Assembly: GCA_027036135.1 (NCBI GenBank)
Contig: JALVSY010000007.1
Coordinates: forward strand, 292,880 to 356,879
Length of the DNA: 64,000 nucleotides
Source of the DNA: Pyrodictiaceae archaeon
Lineage (GTDB): Archaea; Thermoproteota; Thermoprotei_A; Sulfolobales; Pyrodictiaceae
Direction: 5' to 3'
Positions 41,855-51,232 of this stretch are shown one piece after another. The notes beneath the pieces were generated by a model. The model saw nothing but the letters and a program-made list of their open reading frames with translations, ran no database searches and was not told the DNA's origin. The position numbers and the translations under genes were made by a program. Position 1 is the first letter of the stretch. Each line of letters opens with the position of its first letter.

Positions 41855-44800
41855 ATGAGTTCTGCTGAGGGCCAGGGAATGAAAGCACGCTATACAATTA
41901 GCCTCGTTTCGGCTCTCGCTTTAGCGATATTAGTCATCTCCACTTATTCCCTCGCCGCAAACGCTAGTGTAAGTGAGCTTGACAAACCATTCGGACTCAC
42001 AGTTAATATTGGCAACGTTTACATGTTTAAGAAACTGGCGAATAATATCTATCTTCTAGGCATAGACAAAAACGGGAAAAACTACGTAGCCTTAGTAGAA
42101 ATAAATGCTACAATTCCTCCTAGTGTGCACATTCTTGCAAACATCTCTGTGCCTTCTAAGCCGTGCTGCATAGCCGTAGATGATGAATCCAACCCTCTAT
42201 TGATAGGCATAGTTTACGGAGAAACCATACTAATATATGACTTTGCCTCGGGTAAGCAAATCCAGTTCGCTTTACGCGGAAAGCCTCTAAGAATATATCC
42301 TGTAGGGGAAAAATCATTTATCGTTCTAACGGATAAGGCTCTTATTGCAGTAAAATACAATGAAAACGGCTGGTTCGAAGAAAGGATCCTAGTAGGAAAT
42401 CTTCTTGAAAATAAGAGGGAGGGGCGACACATATTTGATATCTTACCGATATATCGGAATGGACTTAATTATAGCTATATAAATGTCGCAGAGGAAGCAG
42501 CAGCGTATGATGTTAGAGCACAAGCCCTATTACTATGGAATAATGGTACATTGATCAAGAATGGACAACTTATAGGCCTAATAAGGGAAAAGTCAATAAC
42601 AACGCCTTTTTCACAAATAGTTAATGGCACAGCTACTTTACTACTTTTGCCTGGCTCGTATAACTTATCACTATTTCTCAAACAAGGTAGTGTTTGCATA
42701 AAGGGCCCAACAATTCAGGTAAAGGCTGGAGCAAACACACTTCTACGCCTAGGCACAATAATGTTCTCAAATACCAGTATAACGGCTTGTCCCGAGCCTC
42801 TGGAGGCCCGATACCTCGTTCTTATAGGGCCCGGATTCCCGCCAAAAGAGATAGTACTACCAGACTCGAGTTCACAGAAACTAGGAGACATAAAATTACT
42901 AGCTGCATATATACTAAACAAACATCTATATATATGGATTACTGGGGCAAACTCCAAGATATTTACTCGTGACAAATTCGTAGCCGTACTGGTATATGAC
43001 ACAGACACGCTAAAGCCATTAACTAATTTATGGCGATTCTATGACGGAGTAGAAGCTACACAACTCATATTTAGTAAAGACTACAAAGTGGTTGCATTCT
43101 CCTCACAAAACAAGATATACATAGCAATCATGAAGAATAATACATACTACTTAGCTTGGAGCCTTCCTCTCCAAGACACTGTAAACTCCATATCAATTAC
43201 AAAGTATGATAACGGGTACTTAATGCTATCAATAAGCAAAAGCAGCAAAATCCAACTAGCATTTATAAAAGAATCACACCCTCCAACTATACTGACTCTC
43301 TCCAGCTACAATACCCCGTGGATATCCCTTAGAGGAGCGCAGATAGGATACATCTCCACGAAGCCCATGCTCTATGTAGTTATTTCATCACCAAAAGGCT
43401 TAACAATAATCACTAACATGGACAAGACCATACAGAGATCAATATATATTAAGAATATTTACAATTATATGGTCGGATACGTGGGTATCATCGTATACAA
43501 CCCAGATGGCGAAATAATAAAAGACTACACGGTTGAGGCGAACCTAACTTATCATAATGTTACACTGCTTAGTATGAAGACTACAACCTCTAACGGAGAA
43601 GCAAGGATACCTTGTATAAGTTATGGCTCAGTAAATGCGCTTATAATACCTCTAAATAGGGAACTGTATAGAACAAAACTAATTCATATAAACTGTAGCA
43701 ACACAGAAATAAAATACGATGACATAAATATTACATTGCCGTATGTTCACCATAAACTAATACTCTCGATTGTTGACAAGTACTCCAATACACCCCCTCT
43801 ACATAACCTTGAAATCGTACTCATAGACATTAAGAGGAATATCACTAGAAGAGTAATATATCCAGCGAAAGCAGATTCAATTGTAATAAAGGACCTAGTG
43901 CCAGGGAAATACTTGATAAGGATAATTGATCCAAAGGGTACTCTTTACGAGCCAAAGCAAGTTAATATAAGTATCATGAAAGATATGTTCGTAAAAATAT
44001 CTATAAGTAGGAAACCCGTTATAGTAACAATAAGATTAATACCGAGGCTTAGTAAGGCTGCAAAGAACATGCAGATTCCCGACAAGCTTAACATAACCGT
44101 CCACGTCAATAGGAAAACCCTCTTCAACTACATGGTAATGGCTCCCTCAAAGGCACCTATCGATATTAGCTTTACAACACTATATCGGGGAGCTGCAACG
44201 ATAGAAATAAGAGACATTCCGGCGCCAGGATACGGCAAAATCTTTAAAGATATAAGAAAAACGATATACATCGGAACAGAGTCGACGTCATTCTTATATA
44301 ATATAATCTTGCAACAACTTGAGCACCCAGTAACAATACATATAGTAACACCGTCAAATAAGCCTCTTAGACACATATTAGAGGTATATCCGGCGAATTC
44401 AACAACACCACTTAGAACAGTTAATTCGACTACAACTGCATATGAGCTATTCCTACCGATAGGGCATTATTGCTTCCACGTAATTCCACTAGCTGAGTAC
44501 CTAGGCTTCAAATTATACAAGCCAGTAACCTACTGTAGCAAGATAACGGGAGCAGAGAACCAAGTTATTAGCATAAAGGTAAAGAGACTACGAAAGCTCG
44601 CAAACATAACTATTATAGACCCCTTATCCAGGGGAGGAGTCATACTCGATAATATAACTATAACCCTTGACGGAAGAACTGTAGCCTCGTTACCTAAGGG
44701 CAAACCAAAGACACTAACACTGCCATTGCTACTTAATGGTTCAACTATTAGTATAGATTCAGAGCACGATGTATACAAGCCGTTAAAGAAGAACGTTAAG

Positions 44801-45211
44801 CCTCAGCGCAAACCACTAATATTGAAGATAATAAGGACACCGTTCAAGTATGAACTAACTATACTTAGTACACATGGGAAGACACTAGCAGGAGCAGTAG
44901 TTACCATAAATGGTATGGATAATATCTTGCACTTAAAATATACAGCAAACGAGAAAGGCATGATCAGCATAACATTGCCCTACGGAACATATCATATATG
45001 CGTATCTAGACCAGGGTACATAACTAAGTGCTATACACTAGGTATCCATGCATCCGCAAGCGACGTCATAACACTTAAACCGACACTAGCTACTATTATC
45101 CGAGGCTACATAATACCGATTACGATAGTAGTAATAGGTGTGCTCCTAGTGCTAGTGACAAGAGCGTATTTCAAGCGAGTCCTAGAGCGCTTGTCGGAGG
45201 AGGAGTTCTAG
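41855..45211 (+). CDS. Large secreted, C-terminally anchored surface protein (propeller-like plus Ig/carboxypeptidase-regulatory-like repeats)
   Basis: Signal peptide (MKARY...SLAANA), many N-x-S/T sequons, PG.Y/G.Y.I repeats, C-terminal TM and charged tail. Confidence 0.8.
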   Translation: MSSAEGQGMKARYTISLVSALALAILVISTYSLAANASVSELDKPFGLTVNIGNVYMFKKLANNIYLLGIDKNGKNYVALVEINATIPPSVHILANISVPSKPCCIAVDDESNPLLIGIVYGETILIYDFASGKQIQFALRGKPLRIYPVGEKSFIVLTDKALIAVKYNENGWFEERILVGNLLENKREGRHIFDILPIYRNGLNYSYINVAEEAAAYDVRAQALLLWNNGTLIKNGQLIGLIREKSITTPFSQIVNGTATLLLLPGSYNLSLFLKQGSVCIKGPTIQVKAGANTLLRLGTIMFSNTSITACPEPLEARYLVLIGPGFPPKEIVLPDSSSQKLGDIKLLAAYILNKHLYIWITGANSKIFTRDKFVAVLVYDTDTLKPLTNLWRFYDGVEATQLIFSKDYKVVAFSSQNKIYIAIMKNNTYYLAWSLPLQDTVNSISITKYDNGYLMLSISKSSKIQLAFIKESHPPTILTLSSYNTPWISLRGAQIGYISTKPMLYVVISSPKGLTIITNMDKTIQRSIYIKNIYNYMVGYVGIIVYNPDGEIIKDYTVEANLTYHNVTLLSMKTTTSNGEARIPCISYGSVNALIIPLNRELYRTKLIHINCSNTEIKYDDINITLPYVHHKLILSIVDKYSNTPPLHNLEIVLIDIKRNITRRVIYPAKADSIVIKDLVPGKYLIRIIDPKGTLYEPKQVNISIMKDMFVKISISRKPVIVTIRLIPRLSKAAKNMQIPDKLNITVHVNRKTLFNYMVMAPSKAPIDISFTTLYRGAATIEIRDIPAPGYGKIFKDIRKTIYIGTESTSFLYNIILQQLEHPVTIHIVTPSNKPLRHILEVYPANSTTPLRTVNSTTTAYELFLPIGHYCFHVIPLAEYLGFKLYKPVTYCSKITGAENQVISIKVKRLRKLANITIIDPLSRGGVILDNITITLDGRTVASLPKGKPKTLTLPLLLNGSTISIDSEHDVYKPLKKNVKPQRKPLILKIIRTPFKYELTILSTHGKTLAGAVVTINGMDNILHLKYTANEKGMISITLPYGTYHICVSRPGYITKCYTLGIHASASDVITLKPTLATIIRGYIIPITIVVIGVLLVLVTRAYFKRVLERLSEEEF

Positions 45212-45305
45212 CTTCCAATCAAATCTTATATTTCTTAGTCTTCAAGCTACTATTAAATACGACCGAGAAGACCCTCTCTCCAGGAGGCTAAGAGGGGCTT
45301 AGGAC

Positions 45306-45737
45306 TTGGGCACCGGGATACGAGAGTTCTCTTCGGCGCAGGAACTACTCCGATTTATTGATGCACAGCTAACGGATCTTAGGAAGACACTAGGTGATCT
45401 TCTTAGAGTCATCGAAGAGCTTAGGGCAAAAAGTGAACTAGATAAAAGGATCCGTGAGCTACTACTAAGGCTAAGCAAGCAAGGAGCCGGAGAAAGTAGC
45501 GCAGAAAATAGGCTAGAGATTGTAAAGCTGGGAGACGCGATTGAACTCGTTATTAATCCGTCACCATCAGTTGAGCTCCGCTACTTGGAGGACCTGGCCG
45601 AAACAATAAACAAGAAGATAGCGAAGCTCCAAGCCGCTAGGAAAGGTGTTGAACAGCTTGCCGAGATAGGTCTCGAGGCTAAACTTGACGTTATACTCGT
45701 AGACGATGTTCCAATAACCATATTTATAAAATTCTAG
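45306..45737 (+). CDS. Hypothetical coiled-coil protein
   Basis: Two long heptad helices separated by a beta-hairpin; GAGGGG RBS. Confidence 0.7.
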   Translation: MGTGIREFSSAQELLRFIDAQLTDLRKTLGDLLRVIEELRAKSELDKRIRELLLRLSKQGAGESSAENRLEIVKLGDAIELVINPSPSVELRYLEDLAETINKKIAKLQAARKGVEQLAEIGLEAKLDVILVDDVPITIFIKF

Positions 45738-45739
45738 TC

Positions 45740-45795
45740 ATTTTTATTGAATTATATCTATACCATGCATGGTATAGATATAATTCAATAAAAAT
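45740..45795. repeat. Perfect 56-bp palindrome with no spacer
   Basis: ATTTTTATTGAATTATATCTATACCATG|CATGGTATAGATATAATTCAATAAAAAT, checked base by base. Confidence 0.97.
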
Positions 45796-45865
45796 ATGAT
45801 ATTACTGCTGGTCACATCATCGATTAACCTATCGAGTCCAGCAACGGTGAGGAGAACTGCAATTA

Positions 45866-46789
45866 ATGAAATACATTATCGAAGGAATCGCAACAATAAG
45901 GTCTGCCAACTTATACTATTTCCTCATAGCGCTTGCAGTTTACTTATTATCTGTATTATTATATGCACTAAGACTAAAAATTATTTTAAAAAATATTTAT
46001 ATAAAAATATCTATTTTAGATGCGATAACTGCACAGTTTCTAACAATAACTGTTAATAATCTAACACCCAGCGCTAAAACAGGAGGAGAACTAGCCAGGG
46101 CTGCCTACGTCTATGCAAAAACTAAGGCATCATTGGCTAATATAATCACTGCTATTGTGTTTGAGCGCTTAAGCGAGGCATTTCCAATTACCGCATTAGC
46201 TCTTATTGCTTTCTACGCTACTTTAATATCTCATAGAGTTAGTATATATGTTATTGCCGCCGTTATGCTCCCAGTGCTAGGAATAATTCTTGGAATTAAA
46301 TACTGGGACAAGTTCATGGAATATTTGCTAAGAAAGAGTGAGGAAAGAGGATTAACACTAATTAACGAGGAAGAAGAACTAACTTCTCTTAAAGAGATGA
46401 TGAGGAATTATAAGCTTCTTTTACTGGCTATTGGACTTAGCTCCTGCGTATGGGCTCTTGATGTGTTACGGCTATATATAATAGGATTATCTGTTGGCTG
46501 GCATGCACCGCTATTTAAATTTATGCTCTTAAGTGTATTTTACCTAATAATAGGATTATTTGCCATAACACCGGGTGGCTTAGGTATAGTTGGCGGTGGT
46601 TTAACTGCCGCACTTGTTGCACTCGGAGCACCAGCTAATAAGGCAATAGCAATAACAATTATAGAGAGACTTATATCTTATGGCATTGCTACGCTAATCG
46701 GGGGTGTCGTTGCCACACTTACTGGAGGATGGCAGGCATGGAAACTCTTAAGATTGCGCTGGCGTCGGACTGGTTCTACCCCAAAATAG
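45866..46789 (+). CDS. Lysylphosphatidylglycerol-synthase TM region / UPF0104 flippase-like membrane protein
   Basis: NNLTPSAKTGGE, FERL.E, TPGGLG and ERLISY motifs. Confidence 0.88.
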   Translation: MKYIIEGIATIRSANLYYFLIALAVYLLSVLLYALRLKIILKNIYIKISILDAITAQFLTITVNNLTPSAKTGGELARAAYVYAKTKASLANIITAIVFERLSEAFPITALALIAFYATLISHRVSIYVIAAVMLPVLGIILGIKYWDKFMEYLLRKSEERGLTLINEEEELTSLKEMMRNYKLLLLAIGLSSCVWALDVLRLYIIGLSVGWHAPLFKFMLLSVFYLIIGLFAITPGGLGIVGGGLTAALVALGAPANKAIAITIIERLISYGIATLIGGVVATLTGGWQAWKLLRLRWRRTGSTPK

Positions 46790-47976
46790 GTGGCATTGAG
46801 ACTCATATACAAGAGCTAGCTTATAACCTTTTAAAGCTTGGTCACGAGCCCCACGTAATAACTCATGATTATCGTAAATTCCCCTCTAGATTTGAAGATA
46901 ATTTCCCTTTTCCTGTACATAGGCTTAAAGGCGAAATATACAATGCTAAGGAACATGTTAGTCTAGGTGTTTTGCTAATTCATCAAGCAAACAAGCTATA
47001 TAAGAAAGAGAAATTTGATTTGACACATATACATAGCATTTACTCGCCTCTCGGCATCCTTGTAGCTAATGTCTCAAGAGGAGTACGCGGTGTCCCAGCA
47101 ATAGCAACTAATCACTCATTCTTTGAATGGGATCTAAGGCGTGAACTCTGGCTACCCGTGCTAAGATACGCACTAAAAAGAATTGATGCCATAATAGCTG
47201 TCAGTAGAGCTGTTGCACAGGACGTGAAGAAGGTAATTAAGCATAAAGATAAACCTATCTATATAATCCCTAATGCTATTGACATTGGTTTTTGGAGGCC
47301 CCCTGACCACGAGGAGCGAGTAAAGGCTCGGCGAATGATAGGGGCTGAGCCTTTCGACTTTGTTGTTTTTGCACCAGGTCGTTTCACTGAGCGAAAACGT
47401 ATACACGAGGTTCCGCGTATAGTTGCTAATGCATCACGTCTCCTCGGTCCCGGGAAAAGGCGCTTATACCTCGTAATAACAGGCGACGGCCCATTAGCTG
47501 ATAAGGTTAGGGACGAGGTCCGGCGTTATTCGGATCTAATAAGAGTCCATCTTAACGGGTTTGTTGATAGAAGAATGATGCGCAACTACTACTGGGCGGC
47601 CGACCTCACTATAGTCCCTTCAAGGCTCGAGGCATTCTCGATAACCGCTCTCGAGTCTATGGCGTGTGGAACCCCTGTAATAGGGTATAGGGGTGGTGGT
47701 ATAGAGGATCTTATCCTTGACTCCATAACCGGGTTCCTAGTGGGAGACGATAGAGAGGCTGCTGAGAAGATAGCACTACTAGCAATGAATGATGGCCTTC
47801 ATGCTAGTATGAGGGATAAAGCGCCGTATCATGTAGCGAAGAATTTTTCGTGGGATAAGGTGATTTACTGGATACTCGACGTGTACAAGACTGTAATGGA
47901 CTCAGCTAATCCCGAGGAGAGACTATTCCTCCTATACAAGGCGTGGCTAGGGCTGACGAGGCCATGGAGAAGATAG
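46729..47976 (+). CDS. Glycosyltransferase family 4, PIG-A-like
   Basis: ASDWFYPKIGGIETHIQEL..GH...THDY, TNHSFF, IPNAID and EAFSITALESMACG motifs. Confidence 0.9.
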   Translation: MAGMETLKIALASDWFYPKIGGIETHIQELAYNLLKLGHEPHVITHDYRKFPSRFEDNFPFPVHRLKGEIYNAKEHVSLGVLLIHQANKLYKKEKFDLTHIHSIYSPLGILVANVSRGVRGVPAIATNHSFFEWDLRRELWLPVLRYALKRIDAIIAVSRAVAQDVKKVIKHKDKPIYIIPNAIDIGFWRPPDHEERVKARRMIGAEPFDFVVFAPGRFTERKRIHEVPRIVANASRLLGPGKRRLYLVITGDGPLADKVRDEVRRYSDLIRVHLNGFVDRRMMRNYYWAADLTIVPSRLEAFSITALESMACGTPVIGYRGGGIEDLILDSITGFLVGDDREAAEKIALLAMNDGLHASMRDKAPYHVAKNFSWDKVIYWILDVYKTVMDSANPEERLFLLYKAWLGLTRPWRR

Positions 47977-48698
47977 TCATTCTGAGCTTTGATGTTGAGC
48001 GTGATTGTCCTCCTTATCTCGATACCAGCGAGGGAATAAAACACGGGCTACCACATATATTAGACCTTTTAGAAGAGGAGAAGGTAAGAGCAACCTTCTT
48101 CACGACCGGTTACATAGCCGAGAGGTATCCAGTGCTTGTTAGGAGAATCGTTGATCTTGGACACGAGCTCGGAGCCCATGGATATAGACATGAGCGTTTC
48201 GACAAGATAGGCTTAGATGAGGCAGAGAGGGTGCTTAGTAAGGCTACTCAGGTTCTCAAAGGGTTCTATGATGTAGTGTCGTTCCGTGCACCTAATCTCC
48301 AGCTACCAGAGCCCTATGTTAAGCTTCTCCAAAAACTCGGCTACTATGCTGACTCCTCAACAGCTATCTATAAGCCGCCTTTCCGCAGAGGTATAGAGGT
48401 ATTCGAGGAGGGCATTGTCCGGATCCCAGCCTCTATCACTTCCTCGGTGCTTCGCTTACCGTGGGGGCTTCAGCGCATAGTGCACAAGCGTCTTCCTTGG
48501 CCTATTGTTTACTTCTCTCACCCCTGGGAATACATAGATATGCGTGAGAAGCCTGTGCGCTTTGATTGCCGCTTCGGAACCGGGGTACCAGCACTCAATA
48601 ATCTCAAGAAACTTATACGCTTCCATAGGGAGAGAGGGGCCGTCTTCATGACCGTAAGGGAGTTTGCTGAAAGAATCCTAGCAAAGAGGCTTGTATAG
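47943..48698 (+). CDS. NodB/CE4 polysaccharide deacetylase
   Basis: SFDVE, ATFF, HELGAHGYRH, FRAP, DSS and HPWE motifs; likely start ATG 47964. Confidence 0.88.
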   Translation: MARADEAMEKIVILSFDVERDCPPYLDTSEGIKHGLPHILDLLEEEKVRATFFTTGYIAERYPVLVRRIVDLGHELGAHGYRHERFDKIGLDEAERVLSKATQVLKGFYDVVSFRAPNLQLPEPYVKLLQKLGYYADSSTAIYKPPFRRGIEVFEEGIVRIPASITSSVLRLPWGLQRIVHKRLPWPIVYFSHPWEYIDMREKPVRFDCRFGTGVPALNNLKKLIRFHRERGAVFMTVREFAERILAKRLV

Positions 48699-48702
48699 GA
48701 GC

Positions 48703-50325
48703 TTAGGCGGGTTTTACCCGGCCTTCGAGGAAGGCTCTTGCTGCCTCCTTCTCATTCTCTCCTAGCTGTAGCTCGTTTGCCTCGAGGAACTTGCTGGCTA
48801 GCTCTGTGCTCTTTGTCGCTGCCCCTATGGCGGCGTAGACTAGGAATGATTCGTAGAGATTTCTTTTCTCGCTTAGCCTTGTAGCTAGGTCTTTGTAGCC
48901 GCTGAGGTATAGGTAGCCTAGTGTCGGCATTCTCCTTCTTACCTCAATATTTGTGCTCCATGGAGGGCTTGGCGGCTCCTCGCCCTTGATCAAGGCGTTT
49001 ACTCGGGCACTGGTATACTCTATGCCCTGTTTGAGGAGTTCACGCTGTTCTTCTACTTTCTCAGTCCTATATGGGTAGGAGACGTCTCGTAGACTGTCTA
49101 TAAGTGTGCTGGGCTGCTTATCCACGATGTAAAGCAGTGACGACGCTATTGCTGCTGCTATGGCTCGTATTCTCTGAACCGATATATGGTCCGGCGTGTC
49201 TAGGCTCGTGTGGTAATACTTATCGGGCCACTCATTGAGCATCGAGGCCGGGACACCAAGGGATAATAGTACGTCATGATCGCTTCCTGGCTCATAGCGT
49301 GCCGGGGAGGCGTAGTTGTCCCTATCCTTCTCGGATAGCACACTGTCTAGTACCGGGTCTATTATGTTTAGCATTGGTGGCGGGCTACGCACTATTCTTA
49401 GGGCTCCCCCTGTCTCCCTGAGGCTTGCTGCAACCATGTCCACGCTTAGCCCAGCTATAGTAGTACTTGTGTCTAGCAAGCCATGAATATGTGCTGCAGC
49501 CGTCCCAGTCCACTCGGGAACAAAGAGCGCCTCTATGCGTAGCCCCGCGTTCTCCACCTTGTTCGTGAACGTGCTAAGAGCTGCCAGTGCCTCGAAGAGT
49601 ACTGCTACTCCGCTTGCATTGTCGTGGCTACCTGGCCTGGGGTGACAGATATGTGCCACGAGAACAATGCTCGCTGAGCCACTGCCTATCCTGGCCCGTA
49701 GTATGGGCGTGTTCGATAAGGCATCATAGGATGAATCGACACTTACTCTTATCTTCTTACCTATCAGGCTTAGCGCGGTGGAGCCTGGCACGCTGATAGC
49801 TAGTGTTGTTGGGGTGCTGCGGAAGTGTGGTGGGTAGAGGCCCCAGTACCTTATGCCTGGGCCTAGGTGGAAGGCAACTATCGCTTCTGCTCCCTGCTCC
49901 TCTAGCATATAGTACTTTGCCTGGTTAAACGAGTCAGTAGCGAGAACCGGGGGTTCCTTGAAGCGGAGCACCCCCTCAGTGCTACCCGGCGGGGAGCCAG
50001 CTATCGCTACAAGCGGGGTCTCAGCTGTGCTAATTACTTCTCTCCAGCGACTATTCTCCCACACTTCTAGTGATGCGTTATTGAGCGTCCAGCCACGGGG
50101 CTCCCAGAAGCCCCAGTACTCGTGAAGACCAAGAGGGCCCCGAAGATTCTCGTAGCGATACTCTATGCCGAGCTCGTCGAGAACGTGAGCAACGTGCTCC
50201 ACCGCTACCACTATTTCCTCGCTGCCCCGTACCCGGTGGAGCCTCGATAAAGACGCTAATAGCTCAAAGCCTCTCAGCGGATCAATTCTTTTCAGTGCAG
50301 CACCGAATAAGTCCTCGAGACCCAT
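48703..50325 (-). CDS. M28-family aminopeptidase-like protein (DUF4910-like)
   Basis: HRVRGS, AHICHP, DNASG, PEWTG, DMV, GSDH and YYHTSLD motifs. Confidence 0.82.
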   Translation of the reverse strand: MGLEDLFGAALKRIDPLRGFELLASLSRLHRVRGSEEIVVAVEHVAHVLDELGIEYRYENLRGPLGLHEYWGFWEPRGWTLNNASLEVWENSRWREVISTAETPLVAIAGSPPGSTEGVLRFKEPPVLATDSFNQAKYYMLEEQGAEAIVAFHLGPGIRYWGLYPPHFRSTPTTLAISVPGSTALSLIGKKIRVSVDSSYDALSNTPILRARIGSGSASIVLVAHICHPRPGSHDNASGVAVLFEALAALSTFTNKVENAGLRIEALFVPEWTGTAAAHIHGLLDTSTTIAGLSVDMVAASLRETGGALRIVRSPPPMLNIIDPVLDSVLSEKDRDNYASPARYEPGSDHDVLLSLGVPASMLNEWPDKYYHTSLDTPDHISVQRIRAIAAAIASSLLYIVDKQPSTLIDSLRDVSYPYRTEKVEEQRELLKQGIEYTSARVNALIKGEEPPSPPWSTNIEVRRRMPTLGYLYLSGYKDLATRLSEKRNLYESFLVYAAIGAATKSTELASKFLEANELQLGENEKEAARAFLEGRVKPA

Positions 50326-50332
50326 TAAATAC

Positions 50333-51100
50333 TCACCCCTTACCTCTAAGTACTGCCTCAGCTAGCTCTGTTCCACGTGGCAGCCAGAAACCATGGTCAA
50401 GCGCATACCGAAGTATTGATTCTAGTATCTTTATTCTCGAGCCTCGTCCTATACACTGCGGATGCATAGTGAGCGCTACATAGCCACGCGTCTCTAGAAC
50501 GTAGGCTAGCTCATCCATCCACATGTCTAGGAGTTCTCGTGGTGTAAGGGAGCGATAGTACTCAAGATAAGGCCAGTCATCGAGCCTCCAATCAACCGGT
50601 AGCTCAGCTATCCTTCTGCCACGGTGCTCTATAATGTATGGCTCCTCGTCATCCATAAGGCTACTATCATACATTATACCATAACTCGCTATGAAGCCGA
50701 GGGTATTCGTGCTCCATCTCCAATAGGGGGCACGGAACCCTAGAGGCTTCTTCCCCGTCTTCTCTTCTATCTCTTTGACCATTTTGTGGAATACCTGGTT
50801 CTCGGCCTCCCAGCTGAGCTCGTCAAGCCTCTCATGCATATACCCATGCCCTGCAACCTCGTGACCAGCACTGATTATCCTCTCTATTAGCTCCGGGTAG
50901 TTCTCAGCAACCCATCCAGGCACAAAGAAGGTCGTCCTAACACTGTACCGAGAAAGCACATCGAGTACTTTGCCGAGGCCACGCCTCGCTGCGAATCTAC
51001 CACGGCTCCTCGCAACGGGGTCTGCCTTTCTATAGGCCTCCGCCGAGTCTACGTCGAGGTCAAAACTAAGGAACAGGATAGGCCTCCTCACTACTTGCAA
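50333..51100 (-). CDS. Polysaccharide deacetylase (PgdA/PuuE-like CE4)
   Basis: SFDLD, TFFVPG, HEVAGHGYMHE, GFRAP, YDSS, DDWP and MHP motifs; likely TTG start at 51100. Confidence 0.88.
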   Translation of the reverse strand: MQVVRRPILFLSFDLDVDSAEAYRKADPVARSRGRFAARRGLGKVLDVLSRYSVRTTFFVPGWVAENYPELIERIISAGHEVAGHGYMHERLDELSWEAENQVFHKMVKEIEEKTGKKPLGFRAPYWRWSTNTLGFIASYGIMYDSSLMDDEEPYIIEHRGRRIAELPVDWRLDDWPYLEYYRSLTPRELLDMWMDELAYVLETRGYVALTMHPQCIGRGSRIKILESILRYALDHGFWLPRGTELAEAVLRGKG

Positions 51101-51232
51101 CCCAGAACCCCCGAGACACCCAGGGAGAAAGGGATGACAATTGGCTTCTTCCCGTCTCTGAGCACATGTAGTAACAAGCACAATTCTAATAAAGGCTGAT
51201 TAGGTTAATTGTCTTGAAAGGCGTGACCCTTC

